NCBI RefSeq assembly: GCF_032062105.1
Contig: NW_026926569.1
Span: 186,001 to 250,000 of the forward strand
DNA from: Saccostrea cucullata
Taxonomy: Eukaryota
Direction of reading: 5' to 3'
DNA length: 64,000 nt
A program made the position numbers and the translations under genes. Each line of letters begins with the position of its first letter. The stretch's first letter is position 1. Positions 14,901 through 27,100 of the stretch are shown here, piece by piece. The notes under the pieces were generated by a model. It ran no database searches. It was given only the letters and a program-made list of their open reading frames with translations, and was not told the DNA's origin.

Positions 14901-17780
14901 TGACACCATATATTTCTTAGAAAAAGAATGCAAAGCTATATGTACTATAGAAACGATAGTTCACACACAAACCTTAGTATCCCTGTTCCAGCTCCCATGT
15001 CTAAAACGCTAGTGTGACCCAGTTTTGAAACTCTCTGAATAGCAGTTTGGTAGGCAATATTTCTTCTGACATCATTCAACATCCTGAAGTGCCAGCGCTC
15101 CACCAGATGGCAGCAAATGTTGTCCAAGTTCTCTCTAGCTGCGGAGTAATTGGGATTTATCTCCAAGGACTTGCGGACGTAGGCAGCTGCCTCTTCCAAG
15201 TATCCAATGCTGTGAGAATTTGCAATGCCAGTCTTATTAAAATTGGATCTTTGATCCACTCCTGATACATCACTACACATTAAGATTGTTGAAATGCCAT
15301 CTTACAATATCATGTTTCTGCCATCAATTTTTTTTTTATTATTATATTTATTAAAATATATATGCATACTACTCTTTAGTATTGACTGTACATGGAATGT
15401 ATTTGGATACTCCAAAATATTTTATATTTTTCAGGCTTTTTTAAATGATTAAGATTTTGATATTTTACATGTGAGATAAAAAAAATACTGGGAATTAGAT
15501 GCCTCCAATCAGAGGCAGCATTCTCAGGTCCATTATCCCTATTTGCGAACTGATTTTAAATGTTAATAAACTAACAACTTGTCAATAGTATAATACTTTG
15601 ATTATGCTCACCAAAATCATTTTTATGGTTTACTTATAGAATATACAATGCCATCAAAACATTTTATAAGACTGTAAATTTTTTTTTTATTTCCTGTAGG
15701 CTGCATTCAAAATTTTGTAGGTCTTGAATTAAAATGTGGAGTGATGTTAAACAATAAAATGCTTTCTTTGTTTGTTATTACTGGAATTAACGGAAGCAGC
15801 TGTTGCAGAAAAAATACATAACCCGCCTAACAAAGAAAGACATTTTATTATCATATCTGCTTAAATAATCATTTAAAGTAAGATTAAAAAGATTAATTAT
15901 TGTATTAATGTCAGATGCGAACATTTTTATACGTTTCATCCATGGAACAGCCACTGATCAAGAAATCTGTACAGGCAACATGCCTAATGTAGTTCATGCA
16001 GTGATTAACGCAATGGGTTTTCTTAAGAAATAAAGGAGAAAATATTCAGTGGATGTAAATATTTTTCTTTTAATTGATATTGGTGAGTTCTAGAAGCATA
16101 GTGCTATTGTTGAGGTCAGCATTAAATATGGTTCATAAGCATAAAAAATCAACTCCAGCTGATGACAGTGAAATTTCCAGTTCTCATAATGAAGCTGGTT
16201 CTGACATTTTGCGGGCAAGTAAATTATCAAAATTGTGAAAAGGAGACTGGAAAATGGCAGATATTATAATTGACTTGTATTTAGAGACCTCATAAATTGA
16301 ATTTGGTGTACACATACACACTTGGATGTCCATATGTTACAACAACAAAACATAGGTAATCAAAGATTACGAAGCTCACCTCTACAAATGTTATCAGTGT
16401 ATGTAATGCAAATCTCACATCATATTTTCTTAATACTTACTAATAGTATTTATCCCGACAACAATACTCTTGCAAGTTCTGTTTAACATGGCATATACAC
16501 ATTTCTACACGTCTAGCATGAAAAACATATATAGTGTAAACAAATGTCCATAACTTTGTAAATACTGCATATCTAGGACTAGGAAGTTCGTTGGGATTGA
16601 TCTGTTCCAAAAACTTTAACCTGGTCTCTTGTTTGTAAAAAAATAGTTCAGATCCAGCATCCGAAGCAAGTCTGGTAGTGTCCATCCCTAGATGCATCAT
16701 CCATGCAAGTTTGAATCAGGTAGGGCTTCTAGTTATTTGGGAATGAAAATGTAGGTCAGATCCAGCATCCGAAGCAAGTCTGGTAGTGTACATCCCTAGA
16801 TGCATCATCCATGCAAGTTTGGTTCAGAAAGGTTTTATAGTTATGTGGGAATGAAAATGTAGGTCAGATCCAGCATAATCAAAACAAGTCTTTATGAGTC
16901 TTATCCCTTGATGCAAAAAATCATCCATGCAAGTTTGAATCATGTAGGGCTTATAGTTATTTGGGAATGAAAATGTTGGTCAGATCCAGCATCCGAAGCA
17001 GGTCTGGTAGTGTACATCCCTAGATGCATCATCCATGCAAGTTTGGTTCAGAAAGGTCTTATAGTTACTCGGGAATGAAAATGTAGGTCAGATCCAGCAT
17101 CCGAAACAAGTCTGGTAGTGTCCATCCCTAGATGCATCATCCATGCAAGTTTGTTCAGGTAGGGCTTATAGTTACTTGGGAATGGACTTGCTCCTAAAAC
17201 TTTAACCTGGGACGCTGACGCCAAGGCTGGGGGTATAGCATAAGATCATCTGATCTCGACTTCATCGAGGTGAGCTAAAAAGGGAGTAGATAATTCCATA
17301 ACAAAGTATATATACTATAAATAATTCTGAGATTACTAAACGTCAGCATGGTGGACGAGTTAAAACCAAGAAAAGAACAAAAACACGTTTATTGGCTTTA
17401 ACAAGCTACAGTACCTAAAAATTTAAACCCGTGTGATTCTTAAAATGCAGATGTAATTAGGCCTACTGTAAAATGAAGAAAGATATTTACCGAAATAGTT
17501 GAGCACCAATGTTATTCAGTATGACTTCACAATCTGGTATAATTTCACACGCTTGTTCGTAGCAGCGGAAGAGATCCTCTATCCTATTTTCTCTTTCGAG
17601 TTGTTCAGTCCAATTTCTCATCACAAACACGAAGTCTATCATCACATCATCCGTCTTTTCGGGGGCTAATTTTAAATAAAGTAAATAATGAGCAAATGAT
17701 CTTCCAAAATTACCATTATTGCAACAAGATTTTGCGTTTTTTAGGGAAATATTTGCGATTTTTGATGTCCTCGTGCTCAT
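8983..17780 (-). CDS. PRMT9: Protein arginine N-methyltransferase 9, 10 coding exons
   Basis: Approximate exons: 17780-17491, 15209-14973, 14723-14556, 14268-14172, 14049-13970, 13664-13490, 12047-11845, 10731-10197, 9897-9740, 9360-8983. N-terminal TPR-like helices, [15 protein letters not shown] motif [12 protein letters not shown], double-E loop [17 protein letters not shown] in place of the THW loop, and a second degenerate PRMT module (AVIYWF..WNQAA). Confidence 0.93.
10965..11169. mobile_element. Tc1/mariner-type MITE (TA-CTGTA termini)
   Basis: TA|CTGTATATCACT ... AGTGATTTACAA|TA imperfect terminal inverted repeats (TIRs); a related decayed copy lies at about 28695-28908. Confidence 0.6.
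13190..13413. mobile_element. Tc1/mariner-type MITE
   Basis: TA|CTGTAAACCAACTTTTATTTG ... CAAATAAAAGTAGGTTTACAG|TA. Confidence 0.75.
16350..17280 (-). mobile_element. Non-autonomous Helentron-type element (HINE) with about five 108-bp satellite monomers
   Basis: On the minus strand it begins TTTTAGCTCACCTCGATGAAGTCGAG, has the subterminal inverse GAGGTGAGCT and a 3' hairpin GTAATCTTTGATTAC; GATCCAGCAT recurs at 16651, 16759, 16867, 16983 and 17091. Its ends match the element at 23997-25472. Confidence 0.85.
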
Positions 17781-18104
17781 TTTTGTTTTCAAGGGTGAAA
17801 ACAAAAGTGAAAGTATGATGGTCGCACCAATAATATTCGTATTGTAAACATATAGGAATTTGTATATTTTTAAAAACATTTCATTCTATAACATAAAACA
17901 TTATGTTTGAGACTTATTTAAGAACTACGTTTGCGATGCAATATTATCCAAATTCATTGACACATTACAATTAATCCTAACTAACTTGTCGAACGACCTA
18001 CTAAGGCGTTGTAGGACATTTTGGAGGAGAAAGGAGAAACCACAACTGACAACACCGAACACTAGTTGGAGGCCCCCGATTGAGGGGCAAATAAAAAGAT
18101 AAAC
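17781..18104. promoter_or_regulatory. Probable bidirectional promoter between PRMT9 and the NDUFC2-like gene
   Basis: The divergent ATGs at 17780 (-) and 18105 (+) are separated by only 324 bp; function is inferred from geometry. Confidence 0.65.
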
Positions 18105-21100
18105 ATGAGTAACATCGAGAAAGGCGACTTTGACAAGGAGGAGGAATATGCAGGAGTGTTTGATTTTGATAAGAATATCGGACATAATTCCGCTATGAAA
18201 AGAGAAGTTAGTCTCCTGACACCAATTGGGGGAGCAATTGGGATGTTTGGCCATGCTCTGCAGAATGCTTCAAGGAAAGTTCCATATTATACTAGTAAGT
18301 CTCACAAAGCAAAGACGTGCTCTTGTTAATTACAAACTTTTGAGAGTGGTATCAGCACTTGGCTTTAGGATGGTGTTTTTTGTGTATAACTATTGTCAAA
18401 TTGTGTTTTTCTATATTTGTCAGACATTGTCAGACTCTAAAGGAAGTGTCTATTGGCACGACGGTCGTGCGGATAAATTTCGTTATCCGCACGACGATCG
18501 TGCTAATAACAGTTCTTAACCGCACGACACAAGAGAGATAACTCTAACATTAATTATATCAACGCTGAACACTGTTCGTGGGGGAAATTATATATGTACA
18601 ACGAACGTATACTTTTTACCCCCCAACCAACGAACATATACTTTTCACCCCAACCAACGAACGTATATTTTTATTTTATTCTTCGTCGTGTCTAAATAAA
18701 TTGACACATATTTTTAAATATTATTCATCCTTTGTATTATTTAATTTGTTGTTGATATTGGAGCAAAAATTATACATATTATAACCTGTACACAAATATT
18801 TTTCTCATAATAATATACTTTCCTTTATTTACGGTCTTAATTAGTCTTTCCCTATTTTAATTCTCTCTCTTTCCTATTTCTTCTGAATACTTCATGTAAA
18901 AATTATAATATGGGTAAAATATTATGTCGAATTTTCCGTATTATTTTTTGAGACATTTACATGATGTAAGTCCCTAAGTGCCGCTGAAATTGTGCACGTG
19001 AATTGCGCCCACAGTCGAGAAATTGACCATGCGGTAAGTAGAACTGCGATAGTTTGAAGGATTCAAGTGTGAAAAACCTCACGGATTTTTAGACAGGGGT
19101 GACCCATAGTCCCCAAAATGATAGAGAGAATCCAGTATATGTTAATCTTGTTTTGTTTATAAATATGACATAAACATTCATTATAGTTGCATTTTAGTTA
19201 TATGTATACTGCATGTATAAAAATGTTTTGAATTTCCAAAATAACACCCCACCCCTGGCCTAAAAAATATAATAATCATGGTTAGCTTAAATTTATTCTA
19301 TGCTTTATTATTTTAATTGTTATGTACAGCACACAGGCACTTGTTTCAGAAATAATTTTTAAACCCATAGTATAATAGTAACACAAGGTGTTATTATAAT
19401 ACTATGGGTTTAATAATTATTTCCGAAACAAGTGCCTGTGGTACAGCATTATTTTACAAATAAGAAAACTATTACTGAGTATAAAAATGCGAAATTTTAT
19501 TTATTTAGAAAGGAACACAACTGTGAACGTTCTGAAAGAGGGTAACCTTGTTTGTTCTTTTATTATTACCATAGGGAGATCGTAATCTTGATTCCTATAT
19601 TATACTAGTTCATGTATCATATGGGTGTATATAAAATTAAAATTTGCGTGTCGTATTTCGAAAATAAAAATGCCGTTTTTTAAGGGGGGCCTTTCTTTTC
19701 TTTACTTCCTTTTTTTCTTGGAAAAATCATATCAGTGCAAAAAACGGCTAAATCACATTCAAAAAAAAAAAAAAAAAAAACTCTTGCATAGAAACTCCTG
19801 AAAAGTAAGCATGGAAAAAGGTAGGTCAACTTAATGTGGATGTCTAATAAATAAAATTTGTTTTGAGTTTCAACGTACAGAAGCAGAATGACATGTAAAA
19901 AATCATATCAGAGTAAAAATATAATACAAATAAACGTAAATTAATTTTGCAGTTTGTCGTGCGAATAACGTTTATAATTCGCACGACCGTCGTGCTGATA
20001 ACATCGGTAATAGCACGACCATTGTGCGGATAGCCTCAGCCGACTCTAAATGCTCTCTGCTAAAATAAGCATTTTTTAACCACATATTTCTGTATTTAAA
20101 AAGACACAATTTGCAACTCACCATCTTGGATTCCCTGGATGCCTTATTTCACACTTGATTTTATTCAACAGGTTGGGACCAATCGCCCAAATGGGATATA
20201 ATAGTCCGTTTGGGATATAATATCCCAAATGGGCTATAAATTTACAGTGCAAAAATTGAAAATTTTTATTTTGGCAATAAATATCATAAATCCGCATCAG
20301 AACACTTAAAAAGGAATAACTTTTGTGAAGCAAGTTTTTCTGCAACCCTACTGTTTTAAAGATTGATCCCCAAGAAGTTAAGGAACTTCCGAGGGATCAA
20401 TCTCATAAACAATGGGCATACAGGAAAACTTGTCAACCAAAAGTTATTCCTTTTTAAGTGTTCTGATGCGGATTTATGATATTTATTGCCAAAATAAAAA
20501 TTTTCAATTTTTGCACTGTAAATTTATAGCCCATTTGGGATATTATATCTCAAACGGACTATTATATCCCATTTGGGCGATTGGTCCCAACCTGTTCAAT
20601 ATCTACACTTTTCTTGTGTGGCGGTCAGCCGGGTTTGAGTGCCGGTGGCCAGATATAAGCTCAGTTTGTAGAGCACCTGACCGGAGTTTCAGGGGGCCCA
20701 GATTCGAATCCCGGTCTGGTTCACTGCATTTTCTCCTCTCCCGTTACATTTGGTGCCGTGCCATGCCCTGGAATTGACAGGTGAGAGGCCTGCCAGGGAT
20801 GAGCCTGGTTTGAGGACTTTGGAGGGCCAAAGACCTTTAAGGAGGGGGGAATATGGCAGTCAGCCGGGACCAGACATTTTCTTTGATAATCATTGGAAAT
20901 GCAAATGAAATACTACCTTTTAGTATCCAGAAAAATACCAATCTCTTTATGACTGGCCTATAAGTCGGACATAGAGTTTTAGACCAATATTTAACTCCCA
21001 ATATACCGACTTATAAGCGAGTATATAAGGTACTGCGATTGGGTATTGAAAGGTCGTGTCAAAGTTCATTTTCAAACAATGCTTTACTCGGATTGGTCAA

Positions 21101-24100
21101 TATCTTAACGAGCCACAAAAAATTCTCTTCTCGTTGAACCACGGCCTAAATGGGAGAGGATCATACATTTTAGCCATGGTTTGTGATGATGAGAGAGGTC
21201 AGAAACTGCGCAGAAGTTGTTCTCTGTAGACTGTGCAAATTTCTAGGATGCCTCTACAGTTTACATTAAACTTTAAAATTTACTTTAAAAAAAGTTTTCA
21301 AATAAAACCTTAAATTCAATGGATTTCTTTGTTTCTCAGGAATGGGAACAGTGGGCATTGGAAAGGCATGTTTAATCATGTTTTTGTTGGAGTCATGGAG
21401 GACATGGAATTACAAGAGATACACAAGGCGACATAAATTTGTTGAATTGTACTATGATGAGCATAAAGAGGATTTTCCACATATTGGTAAGTCAGTTAGT
21501 TTTAGTTTTAACCTTCCATACCAGTCAAAGCCAGTTAAATGCTGCAACCATACTAATAATCAGTACAATATGTAGTATATGAAATAATTGTACACTTTTA
21601 TTCATTTTTTAAGGTCATTCATATATAGATGCCATATGTAAATTAATAATTACAATACTTTTCATTTTGAACCCTCTTAAAGTACAATGTTTAAAGAAAG
21701 GATGAAAAATAAACTCGCAAAGAAATCTGGTTGATTTCTTTTTTGAAGATGATCTATTGCTATAAATTTGTTTCCATCCATCATTTTTCAAAAAGCATTG
21801 TCTTTTAAGCTTTTTATTTCTTCGCTTTGGCTTATCTAGAAATATTTGCTGATTTCATTTCATCCTTTTCTCGTTATGTAATAAAATATATATCTACTGA
21901 GACCTTAGTGTCTACCTCTATAATTATGATGCCACCAACCATGATGAAGACTTCAATACATATTTATAAAAACAACTTATTGTCAGCTCACTTTAATGAT
22001 AATCTACTAGACAGTGACATTCAATATAAATGAAATTAATTTAATCAATATCTTAATTATTGCAAAGATAATGAGAAATTGAGACAGGGAATTTAGTTTT
22101 ACTTTAAATTAAATATAAAGTGGCTTCTGTGTAAGGGGAAAAGGTTGTATAAGATATTAAGCATCAAGCTATAAGAAATACAAATTGTTTTAATGAGTTC
22201 ATAGCAATTGTTTGAAAAGCTGATCATTCAAGTTTTAGCAAGTATATTTATTAAAGGTGAATTGCTCATAGTATAATATTGCATATTTAACAAATATGTG
22301 AAAGATCTTCTCCAATATTCCTCTGACTCTTATCCCTGATTTTTATATAATATTGTGACATGTGCAGGGGTAAGAGTCAGAGGAATCTTGGATTAGTGAA
22401 AGATCATGTTTCATATTCATGATAAAATTTTCAAGTTTATTCTTAATTTCTTATAAAGAAATGTGTGAATTTCGAATTATGAATTTCAGTGCAGGATTGT
22501 TTTAACTTCACTGCAGATATTTTATTTTCTTGACTTCTTGGTTTCCCCATTGGGCAACAAGCAGATTGTCATTTGAATCTGTATATAATCCCCAAGGTCT
22601 ACTCAGTCCACAGTCTATGTAACTAAGGAACTGTCCATCCTGGTCTGTGATATGAATATAGAAATTTCTTATGTCTGCTGTAAGAATGTAACTCTGACTA
22701 TCGGTGGCAATTCCTAATGGACTGAATGGTGGGTTCTTTAGAATAGGGATATGTCCAGTGTATCTGAACCTCAGTTTCCCTGCTTGATTGACCACTACAA
22801 CTGCTTTTGCTTGACTGTCAGCCACACAGATATCCAAGTTCTTGTTTTCACTGATGTACTTCACATCGCCAGATGAATACAGTGGTTCACCATCATTGTT
22901 AAATTGAATAAACTGTTTCTCTGTGGAGCCAGAGTAACGGACAACCTGTGATTGGTTGCTTTCATCATTGTCCATGGTAACCACGAGGTCACCAGAGATG
23001 GAGGTACTGCAAACATTCAATGGTTTCCAGTTCTGTAGTTTGATCACAGTCTCAATTTCTTCATTCTTCACAATGTTAACGGATCTATCATGGGGATCAG
23101 TGTAAACAAGGTGGCCATGTTTTGTTATTGCTATGTCTTGAGGGATTTTCCTTGACTTGGTTGTGATTGATTTAATTAGTGAGCCATGTTTCAGGTTGTA
23201 AAGTTTCATGGTTTTTTCGTCTCCACTTGTCCAGATTTCTTCATCACTCAGACAGGCCACATTAGTTAGGTGGACTCTATACTCAGCTTTTAGGGTAGTG
23301 ATGATCTCTGGCTCACCAAGCAGCTGTTTAATTGTAGGAAAGCATCCAGGTTCTAGTGATTCTATTGTTTTATTGAAACTGTAACATTGTTCTTCTTCAT
23401 TTGAAGTAAGTTTTTCTGATGATATAGTTCCAAACAGTTTTAAAAGTTCTTCCCCTTTGATTGTTTGTGGAGTGAATTTAGATAAAAATGGTACAATTTT
23501 CTGTGGAAAATTTTTGTATTTATCTATATTATTTGTAAAACCTAATAGTTCTGAAATGTCATAGGAATCCATATCAACATCAGCTGAGTTAATGCCATCC
23601 TTTATTTCAGAAATTTTCTCCTTAATTTTGTCCAGATGTCTCTGTAAAGTTAGTATCTGTCTAGTTTTCGTCTTTTCGACATCAAAGTGCAATTGTTTGA
23701 TGGCTTGGTCAACCATTGTGTGCCATCGATTTATCCCCATGTTTTGTTATGGCTTTAGAGACATCTCCATTTTCCATTTCTAACTGTTCTATCATGTTTT
23801 CTACATCGGATGCAATGTCCAGGTAGGTTGGAAGAATAGTGTCATTTAATTCCTTCTGTTCTTTGATGAACCTTTCTTTGATTTTGTCCAGGATTTGCAA
23901 AATTTCTAAAATTTTGTGACCTGCATGTTGCAGGGATTCAACACAAGTACGACAGACAGGAATATTGCATTGATTACAATACATTTCACATTGTTTTTAG
24001 CTCACCTCAACGAAGTTGGGGGAGCTTATGTAATACCCTCGGCGTCGGCGTCGGTGTCGGCGTCGGCGTCGGCGTCCGTGTCGGCGTCGGCGTCCCAGGT

Positions 24101-27100
24101 TAAGGTTAAGTTTTTTGGAGCAGTTTTCTTTTTAAGTACTTTTATGTCCAATATTGATTAGACATGCATGGAAGATGGTTCTACTGTGTTTCATTGTACC
24201 AGTGAAAGTTTCAGATGCTGCAGTTTCAGCAAAGGAATGACCAGGTTAATGTTTTTGGAGCAGGTTAACATTTTTGGTGCAGTTTTTGGTGTAGATTTCA
24301 TTTCCAAGTTACTATAAGCCCTATATTGACCAAACTTGCATGCATGATACATCTAAGGATGCATACTACCGGGCTTGCTTCGGATGCTGAATCTGACCTA
24401 CATTTTCCGGTTGAGTGAACAGGTTAAAGTTTGGTGCAGGTTTCATTTCCAAGTAACTATAAGTCCTATGTTGACCAAACTTGCATGGATGATACATTTA
24501 AGGATGGATACTACCAGGCTTGCTTCGGATGCTGAATCTGACCTACATTTTCTGGTTGAGTGAACAGGTTAAAGTTTTTGGTGCAGGTTTCATTTCCAAG
24601 TAACTATAAGCCCTATGTTGACCAAACTGGCAGGCATGATACATCTAAGGATGAATATTATCGGGCTTGCTTCGGATGCTGAATCTGACCTACATTTTCC
24701 AGTTGAGTGAACAGGTTAAAGTTTTTGGTGCAGGTTTCATTTCCAAGTAACTATAAGTCCTATGTTGACCAAACTTGCATGGATGATACATTTAAGGATG
24801 GATACTACCAGGCTTGCTTCGGATGCTGAATCTGACCTACATTTTCCGGTTGAGTGAACAGGTTAAAGTTTTTGGTGCAGGTTTCATTTGCAAGTAACTT
24901 TAAGCCCTATGTTGACCAAACTTGCATGGATGATACATCTAAGGATGCAAACTACCAGGCCTGCTTCGGATGCTGAATCTGATCTACTTTTTGTGGATGA
25001 GTGAAAATGTTAGTTTTTAATACATGTTTCATTTCCAATTAACTATGAGCCCTATAATGAGCAAACTTGCATGGACGATACATCTTAGGATGCACACTAA
25101 TGGACTTACTTCGGATGCTGAATTTGACATACATTTTTCAGATAATAGACCAGGTAAAAGTTATGGTTGCAGGTCTATTACCAAAAAACTATAAGGCTCA
25201 TATAACATAGTATAAACCAAACTTACACAAATGTTGCATCAAGAGATGAAAATTCTCAAATTTGCTTCAGATGCTGGATTTTGATTACATTTTCATTAAG
25301 AAGAACTAGTTTAAATTTTTTATGTAGGTCTATTTCAAAGTATCAGATCAAAATTGCTTAAATATTTTCATTTTTGGAATGTACACTTTTTTTGTTGGTT
25401 AATTGTGTGACTTTGCCTTACTGAAAGACAACATTCGTTGAGGTGAGCTCTGTAATCTCTGATTACCTATGTTTTGTCATGGAATGAACATTTGGGGTAT
25501 AGTGGAATTGATTTTCGAAATATGAATCTTACAATCTCATGTTTTTTCTTGGATTCATCAGATTCCATATGTACTCCAATACAGGCATTTCACAGTTTGA
25601 TGTTGCATGTATCACAATGAAATTTTACCATTTCTGTCCTACAAAGGTCACATAGTATCAACTCCTGGGCACGGATATGTGGATCCATGACTAAAGACTT
25701 GGCTCTGAAATGAAGAAAATCGAGCAGCATATTTTCAGTTCACTTGAGGCAAAACCTTATAATTGTGTGTAAACTTTTCACATTTTCGAATTCTTTAAAA
25801 GTTTCAGTCAAACTCCCAATTACCACTGCAGCTGAGCCAGAAAAGACTAAACTTATGTAAAAGCTTCATAACATAGTCATTAGTGTAGATTCAATTTGTA
25901 CTAATCATGATCACCTGGCTAAGGTTGAGACTGCAACAGTAATAAAAGTTTTACCTAGGAAGATACGAGAAAAATCTTCAAAAATTATCACCTCAAGGGG
26001 GGAGGGGGGTACGTTATTAGTTAGCTAGGTTCAATCAAGGGTGTACCAGTAGTAAATCCCCATACACCCTTGATTGGACCTGGATAACAAATTTATTTCC
26101 TATGAACCCATAAAAATTCTTTGTTACTATCAGAGTCTAATCAATCTATCGATAAGATAACTACTTACTACAATGCATTGTGACGTCATGTTATTTGCTT
26201 TTATCAAAGAAAAACTATGCATTGTGACATCACGTTTTTTTACCCCCGGCTGAAGTCGGGTGTACTGAAATTTACAACCAACTCCGTAACCAATCAAAGC
26301 TTGTGTTACAAGCTAGATAGGAAATAAACATGTATATTTAAACTTTTCAGTGCTTAACTTATTTCTGTTTTTCTATAGCTAAAGTGCCCAGTTGAGAGAT
26401 GTGCTCCATGGACGTTTTGTTTAGAATAGCAAAGAAATAAGCTCATTAATTTTGATTGATACAAAGGGTATACCTAAACACGACAAAATCTGTATTCTGA
26501 GAAAATAATCTTTAAATTATCTTTTGAATTGCATGTAGATGTCTACAAAAAAGATTTTTTTCAAACACCACACCCACCCCACCCGACCACCCCACTTTTG
26601 AAAAAAAAAAATTCAAATTCTGCGTGTTCTTGGTATTTTTGTAAACATGCAATATTCGAGGGCTTAAATGGTACGAAAAATTTAATTGTATTTGCTATCA
26701 TTAATTTTAAGTCTGTACTGTGTAATTTAAGGATATTAAAATTAAAAAATATTAATGCTGGTAAAAGAAATAGACTGTTGGTATTTACCTTTCAGTGAAT
26801 AAAACTGTAATGGCGACTGTTTTAGCAACCAGAAAGGAAGAGTAGCTTTTGCACTCTGATCACACAATACCCAGTTACCTGCATTTCAGGTTGCTTATTT
26901 TTACTGGTCTCAGATGGCATTTAAATTTTAATTACATGTCTAAGTATGCAGTCATCACACAAGGTATAGGTTTTCAAACAACTGACTTTCAAAAGACTCT
27001 TCTTGTATAAATGTTTAAACTCTAACATATCACAATGTAGGCTTGTAAATAATTGAACATTGTTTATAGGAAAACTGAGTTCATATGTAATCCCAGTTTC

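Noticed and set aside
20647-20721. Functional tRNA gene
   Set aside because: 8-nt anticodon loop, mismatched T-stem, and embedded in an LTR-PBS-PPT context.
20118-20777. Paired near-identical ORFs (also 37407-37953)
   Set aside because: Translations of MITE terminal inverted repeats.
25590-25592. TGA at a conserved Cys position read as selenocysteine, with the 22308-22395 hairpin as SECIS
   Set aside because: The gene also has a frameshift and a transposon insertion; the hairpin is a Watson-Crick stem with flanking direct repeats and lacks the SECIS GA quartet.
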